Shown: positions 24,435 to 37,514 of the stretch, piece after piece
Position numbering within the stretch: the stretch's first letter is position 1
How the letters are laid out: each line of letters begins with the position of its first letter
Assembly: GCF_026571515.1 (NCBI RefSeq)
Contig: NW_026857847.1
Coordinates: forward strand, 1 to 64,000
Direction of reading: 5' to 3'
Source: Ruditapes philippinarum
Lineage: Eukaryota
DNA length: 64,000 nucleotides
The notes under the pieces: generated by a model
The model's database searches: none
Seen by the model: only the letters and a program-made list of their open reading frames with translations
Told to the model about the DNA's origin: nothing
Translations under genes and position numbers: made by a program

Positions 24435-24761
24435 AGGGACTCCACTGAGGTTTTTTGATATGATGGGGACTGAACATAATTTAGGTTTATACCATTAATC
24501 AGTGTGCAGAATTGCAGATCATTCGCGCACTTCGTTTTTCCATAATAATAATATAAAATGAAAAAAGTGACCCAAAATGAAAAACTTTTACACGCTTTTA
24601 ACTCTAATCGGACTACGAAAAGTATAAAATTCGATTTTCAAATTATTTCCAGGTATATTTCTTAACTATTTTTGCATGTTTTTCGGGTTAAAGTGGCCTA
24701 GCTCATCTATGTAGGAACAATTTTTTTATGTTTTTAGGTTTTTTACCTCAGTGAAGTCCCT
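24435..24761. mobile_element. MITE with TTAA target duplication and AGGG-initiated TIRs (Kolobok-like)
   Basis: ttaa|agggactccactgagg ... cctcagtgaagtccct|ttaa; absent at the paralogous site near 3130. Confidence 0.8.
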
Positions 24762-26122
24762 TTAACGTAGCGTGACGAAACTTGATATCTTCAATCACAT
24801 ATTTCGTGAATCAGATATGTGGGTGGGGTGGTTTTGTGACTTAAGTGTTTGATTCATCGGTTGATAGTTTATTTCCTTAAATACAAATATGCAACTATAA
24901 TGATGTTTAAATTATACAAAACGTATAACTATTTCCGGTATTTGTCTGAATTTCTGAGTCCATCTCATTAAAAAATATCTTACACCTTTAGTTAGATAGT
25001 CCGTTGGCATATTATATGGCTACGTGTATATAACCAGAGTAGCAATGCATCCATGTTATATAACTAGCAATCATTGATACACGGTCATATAACCTATCAA
25101 TAGGAAACTTTATAAAAGAATTAATTCAATTCACTTATTTTCATGTCTGTTTGATTGATTGTTTGTTTTTCTATTTGTTTTTTTTTTCTTGTTTTTTTTT
25201 GTTTACAGATCAATTTACGAATGTAAGATCTAACGGAATTTTATTTCGTTTTCTTAATACTACTTATACTTTTTAAAAAAAACAGACAAACCACAAATTA
25301 TAGATCCCATGAAAATGTACATTTTAAATTAAAAAAAAAAAAACAAAAACAAAATAACAAACAAACAAAACAAAATAAATTTCCTGCACGTGAAATTTAA
25401 AATACTGAATTGAGATAAAAAAGCATAAAAACATGAGCAATTTCGGGTCATTATTCACAATTAGAATAAATATTCTGGAAAAACCCGGAGTAAACAAATA
25501 ATCTGAACACTTGATTTTGTTATATAGGTTAATGGTCTAGACAAACATCAATTAATGAAACTCTCTACACATTATTTTTGTCACGTCATGTCAAAATACA
25601 TTAAGGGAACCCCTTTAAGTGAATTGACAGTAATATCTTCATATTGATATAGAATGGTTTAGTCAGTTTTGTTTGTCCTAAATAAATGTAAACTATCCGT
25701 TAAATGTTTCTCATTTTAATACATTTGGACAATAATCAAAGAACGTGTATTCATTTGAGAAAATGCAGCTCTAAGTTCAAAACAGAGTACGGTTATCTCC
25801 CTTTACTTTGCACAATAAAAAATGATATTGAAAAAAAATCGAATTTTAGGCACCTAAAATAATGAACATAAAGCGATTTAAAAAGTCTAATGTACAGTTT
25901 AATTGACACTGGCACATACATTATCTGATCATTTTTTTTTTCAAATGAAGAGTAAGTATTTCAGCAAGGACTATCAGCATCCAAGGATGCCGCAGAAAAA
26001 AATCGAAATTTTGGTGTACAAAGAAATTTGAATAAAATCAAGAAAACAAAGCATTGAAAATTTTCAAGAAACAAATTTGTAGTGTACACATACGTGTTAT
26101 GTACCTTTCAAACTATTTTGTT

Positions 26123-26126
<4 letters not shown>

Positions 26127-26161
<35 letters not shown>

Positions 26162-26241
26162 GCGCGCGCGCCCGCGTGTGTGTATACCCGCCACCGGTTG
26201 ACCATATGGGCGTGTGTGCGTGCGTGCGTGTGTGTGTGTGT
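26127..26241. repeat. (GT)n/(GC)n compound microsatellite
   Basis: Directly visible. Confidence 0.9.
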
Positions 26242-26938
26242 TTATATATACTCGCCACCTGTTGTCCATATGGGCGAGTCCTCTAGAAGAGTCATTTTAT
26301 ATTTTGAAGTATAGTGTAAGATACAGATACAGAAAGATGCATTTCTTGTTTACGGACAGGCTATAGAAACACTTCATCCAAACATTTCGTACAACATTTT
26401 ATTTAATTTCATCAACACAGTTAAAACTAGGATTTCATAGAAATATACGTTGTTTTGCAATTCTTGTTAGAAATTGGATTACAGTGTAATGGCATTTTCC
26501 GGAATTAAATGCTTATCTTTCAGACATTGTCAAGACAATTTCATTTTTTTAATATCAATACCTAGTATTGTAATCACGTAAAAATGTCTATCATGTAAAT
26601 CAACGGATTTTGTGTGAATTACTGAACGCTTAAAAAGGAATTTATGTGTGTTATATATATAAAGGAATAGCTTCAAAATGGTATGAACATTTATGAAATC
26701 TATAAAGTATTTATGGTGATATTTATACAGAACTTTTTAGTATACATTTAATAAATAGGTGTAAAAAGCGCATGATTCACGTGATAATACTGAACACATC
26801 GCACATGGACAGTATTGCCAAAAAATCGTCACGCTTGGTTAGGTATAACAGTTATGACCATTATAGGATAGATATAACGGGAACTAACGGTTATCACGTA
26901 CTCTGCTTGATCGCTTGTGACTTTTGATCATATAAATT

Positions 26939-27934
26939 ATGAATGTTAAAGGCGGAACACCAAAACGAAAAAAAGAATCCACCACTAGCTGTAGCGACTT
27001 AGACTCTAGTCTATAACGAACTCATTTAGCTCATTAAATGAAACAACAGAAGAAACAGACCCAATAAATAAAAGTTTAGGAAAAGACCTTCAAAAAAAAA
27101 CACAACCCCGATAACTCAAAGTCTCATCAAAGAAAACAAAAAAGTAAAAAACAAAAAACCGCGGCATCACCTGAATTGATAGAAACGAACGTGGAGATGA
27201 AACTAGAACAAAAACTAGACAAAATCGATGAAAAACTCAACAACGTTTTAACAAAAGATGACAGGTCATTCATCAGAGACATAATAAAAGACACATTTGA
27301 AGAAATGAAGGAACAATTATTAGGATCAGTCATCAAACGATTAGAAATTTTAGAAGATGAAATTTATAACAAATCAGCCTCCACTTCAAAACTTAATTCA
27401 GAGATAAGCGAAAACAAACATGTTATAGAAACAAGAATAGAAAAATCAGAAGAAAAGATGAACACTGAATTAAAAATATTAAAATTAGAAAACGAAAAAT
27501 TAAAAGAAAATGCAAATGATCAAGAACAATACAGTCGAAGGAATAACCTTCGTATCACGGGAATAAAAGAAGATTCTCCCCAACAGTCTTCATTACAGAC
27601 AAAAATACAATTCCAGAAAATGTGCAAAGACAATCTCGGATTGGTTGTTCTCGATGAAGAAATCGACATTGCACATAGAATTGGTCAGTTCAAGACAGGC
27701 AGCAACCGTCCAATAATTGTAAAATTCGTAAGAAGGCAAACGAAAATTAATATCATGAAAAATGCAAAGTCACTTAAAGGAACCAGAATATATTTGAATG
27801 AAGATCTTACACACTCCAATCAGCAAGCTTTAATGTCATTACGTTTAAAAGATCCCAAACGAATCGAAAAAGCATGGTCTTTCGAAGGCAAATTATTTGC
27901 CATATTTAAGTCAACGAACCCCTTAACCAGATAA
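26939..27934 (+). pseudogene. LINE ORF1 (coiled coil + L1-type RRM/CTD), frameshifted near the N-terminus
   Basis: Track ORF 27176-27934 has heptad-like E/K/L-rich sequence, then EQYSRRNNLRITGIKE, AHRIG, RPIIVKF and IYLNEDLT. An upstream ATG at 26939 reaches a stop at about 27015. Confidence 0.8.
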
Positions 27935-28734
27935 CACAACAACACGGCTGATCAAATTCTCAGAATATGACCAATGGCTTTCGCTCCCGTGGCCGGCTCG
28001 TGAGATTGGAGGAAATTCTTCCGAAAAATCTACAACGAATGTTTGGAACAGAAAATAAAACATAACACGTTGAAAACAAACAAACATATAAATACCAACA
28101 AATCAAATGAAGACTCTTAAGTGAAAAAGGTAAATACATGTACATCATGAGAAAAGAGAAATGTTTAACAAAAGACGCATAAAACTATTGTTATTGAACA
28201 TTAAACTTTGTTGAGTTAGCTTCTTTAAATTAACGTTTTATAGTTTAAGTAACTTTCTCGTATCACTCCTGTTTTTTTGTTTGTTTTTTTTAATCCCAAT
28301 TATAACATAGAAAGTTATACACGAATTTTGACACAAATATGTTATTTTCCTTTTCTGACACATTGTACATTCGTTTAGATATTTGTATAAAAACAATTTT
28401 AAATTTACAATGAAAAATAAATGAAATTACGCTGTTACCCCACAGATTATTTATAGACAGCTTTTCGTTTTCGACGCACATGATATTGACTGTAATATCA
28501 CATTATGAATACTAGAATATACATACATAAATTATATTAACATTGTTCAATCTTAAATAACATAATAACATTTGATTGTTTTTATTTTTATTTTTTTTCT
28601 CATTATTTCTGACCAAAGAAGGTTTATTAGTATGGGGTAATAAGCCATTTATACAAGATATTCCTTTGTGCTGTTTCTCTTCTCCCTTTCATGTTTTTCG
28701 ATAGAAGAGAAACATATTACAAGGGTATAGACAA

Positions 28735-29660
28735 TACGAATGTCAAATTGAATAAAAATATAGTTGCCTTGCGGTTAAGTTTATTAGATTTAATAGTGTG
28801 AATGTCAAAATAAATGTAATATGTTTTGTTGCGATTTAATTTATTACATTTGATAGTTTGAATGTCAAAATGTAGGTACAATTTTTCTGTTGGGTTTGAA
28901 TTTATTACATTTTATAGTATGAATGTCAAAATGTTGCGATTAAATGTATTACATTTGATATTAGGAGTGACAAAATAAATATAATATGTTTTGTTGTAGT
29001 TAATTTTTTTTTTTTTACATTTGAGAGTATGAATGTCAAAATAAATGTCAAGTTTTTGTTTTCGGTAAAAGTTACACCATTAAATAGTATAAATGAACGT
29101 CAAAACGAATATAGTATACTTTGCTTGTGGTTAATTTATTTAAAAGTATAAATGAACGTCAAAACGAATATAATATACTTTGTTTGCGGTTAATTTATTT
29201 AGATTATGGTACTATGATTGTCAAAATTTCAAATTGTCAAAATAAATACACTATATTTAGCTTGTAGTTGAACGTATTAAGACTGATAGTATAAAGGTAA
29301 AAATTAATGTAATATATTCTGCTTGCTGTATTTATGTTAAAATGAATGTGATATATTTTGTTTTCAGTTAAATCTACTAGATTTGATGGTATGAATGTCA
29401 AAGGGAATACAATGTATTTTGCTTGCGGTATTTATGTACAAATAAATGTAAAGTGTTTTGTCTTCAGTTAAATCGATTAGATTTGATAGTGTGAATGTCA
29501 AAATGAATGTAACATGATTTGTATTAGATTTGATAGCATGAATGTCAAACTGTATGTAATGTGATTTGCTAGCAATTACATTTATTAGATTTGATGGTAG
29601 GAGTTTTCAAAATGAGTGTAATATTTTTTGCTTGCTATTTAAATTAATTAGATTTGATAT
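28735..29660. repeat. Degenerate ~60-bp tandem repeat in the LINE inter-ORF spacer
   Basis: Recurring gaatgtcaaaataaatgtaat...tttattagatttgatagt units at roughly 60-nt spacing. Confidence 0.75.
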
Positions 29661-30357
29661 TAAGAAATATAAGATATATAAATGATTTTGATAGTACTGA
29701 TACCAAAATTAGATAGATAATTTTTTTTTCTGTTTCATCCTCTTATTCCAAATGTCACCTAAAATTCCTTCATAACTCATTTCAGAATAAAGTAACTTTA
29801 GTAATTATTGGACAATGACTTAATAAACATAAATATTTTTCTGTTAAAAAATTTTAATCCATAACATTTAGTTTTTTCTCTCCAAATATTCACATCTTTA
29901 AATGATATGTAAGAGTGTATGTTAAGTACCATAATAATATTCTCTTTCTGATATGTCATGTTGAATTATTTTGGTTTTTGTTGTTGTTGTTTCATTCATT
30001 TTTAAATCCTGATAGTAGATAAAAATGACGTAATGACTGTTTTAACATTGATTTGCACCGAATATATGTATATGTATGTCATATTTGGTTTACTTAGGAT
30101 TTAACTTAATAGCGACCAAGCTTAGATTAAAAATTTATTATTGTTATTTTAACATACCTGTAATGTTACCAAGCAATTCATTAGATATTAATAAAAAATG
30201 TCATAGTTCATTTACAATAGATAAAACATCAATTTAAACAATATTTAGTAGCGGTCATGTAATTCACAACTTAATCCTCTTTGCAGGAAGACGTTTATAC
30301 TTGAACAATTTTTAACTGCTTTGGTAGTATATAAATTTTCTTCATCGATTCAATTTA

Positions 30358-33300
30358 ATGTCTAAAACTACTATCTTTACTTATAATGTTAACGGAATTT
30401 CTGGAAAAGACAAGAGAATTGCTATTTTTCAATGGTTGAAAACACAGAAGGTTGACATAAGCCTTCTCCAAGAAGTGCATTTCAAACAGGCTGATAAAGA
30501 AAAGTGGGAAAAAGAATGGGATGGAACAATAATTAATAGTGGGAATTCAAGTAATCAGTTAGGCGTATCAGTTCTTTTCAGAAATGGTTTAAATATTCAC
30601 ATTCTAAATACTTTTGAAATTGAGATCGGACGTGTATTAGCACTTCATGTAAAGATTGAAAACAAAGAGGTATTTATCATAAATGTATACGGCCCAAATA
30701 AAGATGATATTGATATTTTCTGTAAATTAGAAGCCTTCATTAAAGACAGAAGTGATCACCTTTTTATTATAGGAGGAGATTTTAATGTAGTGCTAGAACC
30801 TAATATTGACAAACAAGGTGGTAACCCTCATACACATTTGAAATGTCGCAAAAAAAATAAAAAGTATACTTGAAACTTTTCAACTTAATGATATATTTCG
30901 GGTACAAAATCCGTTCACTAAAAGATTTACTTGGCGCTCAAAAGTACGGTTAAATATAGCGTGTAGATTAGATTATTTTGTTCTTTCAAATGATTTGGTA
31001 AATATTGTTGAAAAATCCGGCATAAAGCCTAGTTTTAAATCTGATCACTCAATAGCATATGTAACTTTAAATTTTGATCCTATAGTGAGAGGACCTGGTG
31101 TTTTTAAACTAAATAATAGTTTACTTTTAAATATGGAATTTAAAGACAGAATTAAAAATGCCATAACTGAAATACGTTCTCTTAATACAGACACAAACCC
31201 TTTAGTCAGATGGGAAGTTATTAAAAGTACAATACGAAATGAAACTATAAGATTTTCAAAATATAAAAAGAAAACAGAAACAGAACAAATTCAAAAACTT
31301 ATGACAGAAATCGAAAAAATTGAAACTGAGATAGCCTGCAATTTTGACGAAAATTTAAATAGAAATTTAGAATTGAAAAAATCAGAATTAGAACAATTTC
31401 ATAATGAAAATATCAATGGAATTATAACGAGAATAAAAAGTTTTAAATTAGACAAAGTGAAAAAAACATTAAATTGCTAAAAAATTTAGAGACTAGAAAT
31501 GCTGAAAGAAAACTTATTAATAATCTAAATGTCAATGGTAATGTTACGTCAAACTAAAATGAAATTCTGAATGAGCAAAAAAAATATTATGAAAGTCTGT
31601 ACAGTGAAAAGATACAAAGAGACTCAACATATGACTTTTATGATGAAAATAAAATCCCTAAACTAAACGACAACGAGCAAGTATTATGTGAAGGAATTAT
31701 TACAGAAGGAGAGTGTATCGAAGCAATTAAAACCATGAAAAATGGGAAAAGTCCTGGATCAGATGGTATAAACGTTGAATTTTATAAAATGTTTTGGAAT
31801 GAAATTAAAAAATGATCTAATAAATTCTCTTAATTATTCATTCGAAACTGAATATTTAAGTCAGTTGCAGGCACAGAGTTTTAATTACCTTAATCCCAAA
31901 ACCAAAAAAAAGATTTATCACTTCTTTCAAACTGGCGGCCAATAAGTTTATTGAACGTTGACTATAAAATACTGAGTAAAGTAATTGCTAATAGAATTAA
32001 ACGTGTACTAAATAACTTGATCGACAATAGCCAAACTGGATTTATTAAAGGCAGATACATTGGTGAAAATATAAGATTGATTTATGATGTAATCGAGTAC
32101 GCAGAACAAAACGAAAAACCTGGAATATTATTTTTTGCTGATTTTGAAAAAGCTTTTGATAGTTTGAATCATAATTTTATTTTAAAAACACTCGATCTAT
32201 TTAACTTTGGACCAAATTTAAAAATGTGGGTAAAATTGTTATACAAAAATCCAACAAGTTGTATTCTTTACAATGGTTTCTTGTCGGACTCATTTAATAT
32301 CAGACAAGGAGTCCGACAAGGCTGTCCTTTATCTCCTTACATTTTTATTTTAGCAATTGAACTCCTCTCCATAGCAATAAGAGAAAATACAAATATTAAA
32401 GGATTTAATATATTTGATATAGAAGTAAAAAACAGCATGTTTGCTGATGATGCAACAATATTATTAGATGGTACAAATAACAGTTTCAAAGAAATGTTAT
32501 ATATATTTGAACAATTTTCATTCATCTCGGGTCTAAATCTTAATTATAGTAAATGTACAGCTCTAAGAATAGGCCCACTGCGAAACCAGCACGACCTTAT
32601 ATATTGTAGAAAAAAATATAGTAATATTTCATGGACATCAGAAAGTGTCAAAACACTAGGAATAACATTTCATTCAAAAACTGACCATATCCTCAAATTA
32701 AATTACGATAACAGATTATCTCAATTCCAAATAGACATAAACAGATGGAAAGCTAGACATCTCACAACAATTGGTAATATCTCAGTATTGAAATCATTAA
32801 TAATTCCAAAATTAACTTTCCTGTTTTCTGTTCTACCCAATCCTCCAAATAAAACTGTAAATACAATTAAACAACAATGTTATGAATTTATATGGAGCTC
32901 AAAAAGGGATAAAGTCAAACGGGATGTAATAATACAGGAGTACAAAAACGGAGGTCTAAATATGATTGACATTCCTATATTTTTGAACTCAATAAAATCG
33001 AACTGGATAAAAAGAATAATAAACGATTCAAATGATGGGTTGTGGAAAGAAATAATAAAGAAAAATATAAATCATTTAGGTGGAATATCTATATTTAAAT
33101 GCAATATAAACACAAAAGATATATTGAAATTTAAAATCAAAAATAAATTTATACACGAAGTATTAGTAGCTTGGAGTGAAATCAATTTTAATGAAAATCC
33201 GAAAAATATTTCAGAACAAATTCTTTGGCAAAATTCAAACATAAAAAATAACAATAGCCTTCTCTATTTCAGACAGTGGAGAAACAAAAATATATACCAT

Positions 33301-34123
33301 GTAAAAGATATCTATGATATCTATGATATAAACGCAAAAAAAAAATTAAAACTTTTAGTCAATTAAAAACTGAATATAACATTCCTAATACTGAGTTTTT
33401 AAATTACCATAGACTTATCTCTTCAATCCCAACATGTTGGAAAAGAAAATTAGATAATGTCATTCTTTCTGTAACAACTGAGGAAATAAATATTTATGAG
33501 CCTTTAGAAAAACAGAAACACATCTCCTAAATAGAAAATTAACACAGGTTCAAAAAGAAAGAAAGCTAAAATACCAGAATGAAAAACTAAAATCCCAGTT
33601 AAAATGGGAGGCAGTATTTCCAGATAAAAATTTCAATTGGCAACAAATATATTTGAATGCGTTTGATATTTGTAAGGATAATATTTTGCAAAATTTTTAT
33701 TTTGATTTCCTACATAGAAATATTGCAACTTACAAATTTCTCTTTAGATGTAAATCAGTGGAGTCTAGTCTTTGTGATTTTTGTAATATGGAAATAGATA
33801 GCATAGAACATATATTTTGGACCTGTCAACAAACACAAATTTTCTGGAATGAATTGTTTAAATGGTTGGTTGAAATTGGTATACTTGCAACCCAAGACAA
33901 ATTTTTGTCCTTTTTTCATTCACGAAATAAAATTTTATCATATATTCTCTTATTTGCCAAATATTATATATATAGTTGTAAAACAAAAAAGAAAATACCA
34001 AATAATCTTGTGTTTAAAAGAAAATTGATTGATAGAATATCTTTAGAAAAATACATAGCATTTCAAAATGATTCTCTTGATGATTTCAACAGGAAGTGGA
34101 ATAACTTTCTAATAATGTTATAA
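30358..34123 (+). pseudogene. LINE ORF2 (AP endonuclease, reverse transcriptase, zf-RVT-like Cys motif), broken by frameshifts and a stop
   Basis: APE motifs TYNVNG, LLQEVH, NVYGPN, GGDFN, SDH; RT motifs NVDYKIL, QTGFIKGR, DFEKAFD, GVRQGCPLSP, FADD; C-terminal CDFC...EHIFWTC. Split into several track ORFs; in-frame TAA at 31555-31557. Confidence 0.92.
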
Positions 34124-34538
34124 GAACTGATTGATGATATGTCAGAAGTATATTACCAAAGCAGCCTTTCTTTCTTAATATTACCATTTTTTTATCTTAT
34201 CGTAGTTTTTTTATTCTCTTGCAAATTATCCTTTTATATTATAGCACCTCCCCAAATTGTCAGCATTTTTCCAACTGACTCAAGAATTTTTTTTTTAAAA
34301 ATTGATTTAACATAACTCTATCTTGTTTAAAATATAATATCCTTTCTCTTAACTTTTTCTTAAAGAGATTCACGTTTAAGCTCTTTGAAATTATTTTAAA
34401 ATGTCTACAACAACATATATATTAGTTTGTAACGTATGTTATGTAAAATAATTAATTGAAAAATGTAAAATGAATGTATTATGTAAAAAGGAAAAGTAAA
34501 TAAAAGGACCTTAAACGTGGTTCCAAAACAAAAAAAAA

Positions 34539-34576
<38 letters not shown>

Positions 34577-34579
<3 letters not shown>

Positions 34580-35800
34580 AGTATGTCGGCCACTACTGAC
34601 TAGTACAACAGTCAACCTCCTCCTCATAGAACCACGCCAGTTATTTAACATATACAATTGGATCCTGTTCCTCTTTTCACGTACAACTGCAGTAAATTGC
34701 CGTAGAGTTCAAGGCTGCTGTTAACGTTTGCGTAAACGTTGTCCAATGTAGTCAAAGGATTACAATCCGGAGAAACAGATTGCCAGGGAAGTACGTTAAT
34801 GTTATTGTGTTGGAGGTAGTCCCGAGTGATACAGGGGACATATGGCCTGACATTGTCATGTTGTAACGATAGTCAATGACGTTGGTTAAACATTGGAATA
34901 ATTACAGGTACAACCTGATTAATGTACCTTCTAGCCGTGAAGTTTACCTGACACACCACCGAATCAGATAGTTGCTCCCCACAACATTATACCGCCTCCA
35001 CCGTAAAGGTTAATCTAAGACAGTTATTCACGTAACGTTCATTTCGACGTCGGTATAACCGTACACGACCGTCAGCATTAAACAAGCTAAATCGTGACTT
35101 GGTACTAAAGACCACGATATTCCAGCGATCTTGAATATGTTGACGAGTCCAAAGGGGACGTTGCTGGCGGTGACATCTGTTTAGAATGACTCCATGGTAT
35201 GGTCTGCGACATCGCATTCCATGCTCCAACAGGCGTCTTCTTATTGTATAACGACTTGCAGGCATACAGGATTAACGACCACTTAGTTTGCCATAGATTC
35301 CGCAGTGTCAAATCTGTCACGTAATAACATTGACGTATAAAGACGTCCTGTCTCTTGGTCGTTACACGCGGGGCCCCTAAACGATGTCTATCGGCAGGTG
35401 TGACTGTTCCCTAACGTTGAACAAGCCGTGTTACTGTGGATCTTGAACAATTCAAACGCTTTGCGACCTCGTTACGACTCAAACCACATTCCAACATGGC
35501 TATCGCCCGAGCTCACTCTCATTAACATTATTTTGTTTGGGTGTTATGGAATGATGATTGTGTTTCGACTAACACATGTACATGATAATTTTTACAAATT
35601 TAAACCGCATGTTTATAGTGCATGGACTACACGAGAAGTTCATGACTGTATTTTCGGTTTGACCCCCGTGTGCAGTGAACTGTACCGATATTTTATGGGT
35701 AGATTAGATGTCCATTATGCACGTAAATTGCGATGTTTCATCTGCTTGTTTCCCTTAGTTTTTATAAAGTGACATTTTGGGGTGAATCGTCTTTTAAAGC
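34577..35800 (-). mobile_element. Degenerate Tc1-family DNA transposon (main part; its last codons lie at about 26555-26568, left of the LINE)
   Basis: Track ORF 34987-35265 (TIRRRLLEHGMRCRRPY...WNIVVFSTKSRFSL...GRVRLYRRRNERY) is typical Tc1 transposase. Removing the LINE restores the C-terminus SSGRHTRY*. TIRs were not located, so the outer boundary is approximate. Confidence 0.85.
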
Positions 35801-36312
35801 CCGGAACTAAAGTATTGTGTTTGAAAGTCACATTGGCACATATGTAATGTTCTACCTAAAGAGAGAGAAGGAATGACCCCCCCCCAGCCCAACATTATTC
35901 AGGCAGTTATCAAATAAGGCCTTTTAAATGGGGTTACATTGATCATCAAAGCGGAAAAGCATCCCATCTTAAATCAACAAGCAGTTCTGTTGATACGATA
36001 ATTATCCAGATGATTATCCTGCAGAGGTGACAAATGACGACTTATTTTCCTGCCGGAGTGTTTATCCCTAACCTTGCTAAATACCTTAAATGGACTTGTC
36101 CATCTTTCAATATGGACTAATCCATTCATCATTCTAGGGGGAAATTACAAGTATGTACCGACTGAAAAGCGAACAGTGTAGACCATGATTAGTTACCATA
36201 GATAATGCCAAATTATCTTGGTCTCTACCGTTGGCATAGGAATACATTAGATTCAATTGTCAACGGAAGGCTAAATGTTTAGGCTAACAGTATTTATATT
36301 CAGAAAAGGACG

Positions 36313-36760
36313 TAAGTCATGGCCTATCATAAGTCATGGCCTACTATAAGTCATGGCCAACCATAAGACATGGCCTATCATAAGACATGGCCTATCATAA
36401 GTCATGGCATATCATAATACATGGCCTATCATAAGTCATGGCCTATCATAAGTCATTGCATATCATAAGACATGGCCTACCATAAGACATGGCCTATCAT
36501 AAGTCATGGCCTACCATTAGACATGGCCTATCATAAGACATGGCCTATCATAAGTCATGGCATATCATAACACATGGCATATCATAATACATGGCCTATC
36601 ATAAGTCATGGCATATCATAAGACATGGCTTATCATAAGACATGGCCTATCATAAGTCATGGCATATCATAAGTCATGGCCTATCATAAGACATGGCCTA
36701 TCATAAGACATGGCCTATCATAAATCATGGCCTATCATAAGACATGGCATATCATAAGAC
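36313..36760. repeat. 17-bp minisatellite (taagacatggcctatca)n, ~26 units
   Basis: Directly visible head-to-tail units with no spacers. Confidence 0.95.
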
Positions 36761-36993
36761 GTATATCTATACAACAGAATTGTGGAAAAAAAATGTTCAG
36801 TCATTGTATGAATTGCTTGTATATCAAATTAAAACCGGATACAGATACATGTACACCTAATTTTGCTGCTAAGTCAGCGTACGGACGGACAGAGTGAAAA
36901 TAGGACAGCAGGACGGACGGACAATGGGTATACAATATGATATTCACCCCTTTAAGGGACATAAAACAATGACACAAAAACTATAAAAATTCT

Positions 36994-36999
36994 TTTATT
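36994..36999 (-). promoter_or_regulatory. Candidate polyadenylation signal of gene A (AATAAA)
   Basis: tttatt on the plus strand about 515 nt downstream of the stop codon, followed on the minus strand by T/GT-rich sequence. Confidence 0.35.
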
Positions 37000-37514
37000 G
37001 CACAAACTTTTGTGAATCCTTTACTCCATGAAAGATAGAAAAAATACTGGTGTAGGCTACTTTCTGTAGCATCTTGTCAAATTCAAACGTATAATATATT
37101 TGGCAGTCACCGACCTAAGTACAAATGTTTACCCGAAGAGTTTTACTTCAACATGTATGTGATAGCTGTTTACACATTTTCGAAATCGTAGGTTCTGTTA
37201 AATGTTGAAAGATTATAAACATATTGCGATTTTTCCCCTAGAAAATACTGAATCAATTTGATGTAATTCTTGGAGTACTCAAACTATTATCAGTACTAAT
37301 TATATATGAAAGTATATCAAGACTCAAATTCGCAATGTTAAAGCTAAAATGAAAATAAAATGAAAAAAAGAAAATAACATAAAAGCACTCTTTTTAGAAT
37401 ATAAATTTTAAGGAAAAATAAGATTGAAAAAGTGTCACATAGTGTCACATTAATTCACCAAAAACGCTTATAAAAATTGCCAGCATCTGACACTGAATGC
37501 GGTACGAGTCACAT

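Larger units (their letters stand above)
20650..25547. repeat. Segmental duplication, copy 2 (5' half of gene B), with copy-specific insertions
   Basis: Aligns by eye with 1-3905; carries extra sequence at about 23210-23610 and 24435-24761. Confidence 0.9.
26569..34575 (+). mobile_element. Apparently full-length, disrupted L1/Tx1-clade non-LTR retrotransposon (~8 kb)
   Basis: ORF1 followed by ORF2 (APE, RT, C-terminal Cys motif), AATAAA at 34499-34504, poly(A) at about 34525-34576, and a 9-bp target-site duplication acctagtat at 26560-26568 and 34576-34584. Confidence 0.9.

Noticed and set aside
36313-36760. CRISPR-like array
   Set aside because: 17-bp units are head-to-tail with no unique spacers, no cas genes are present, and the context is eukaryotic.
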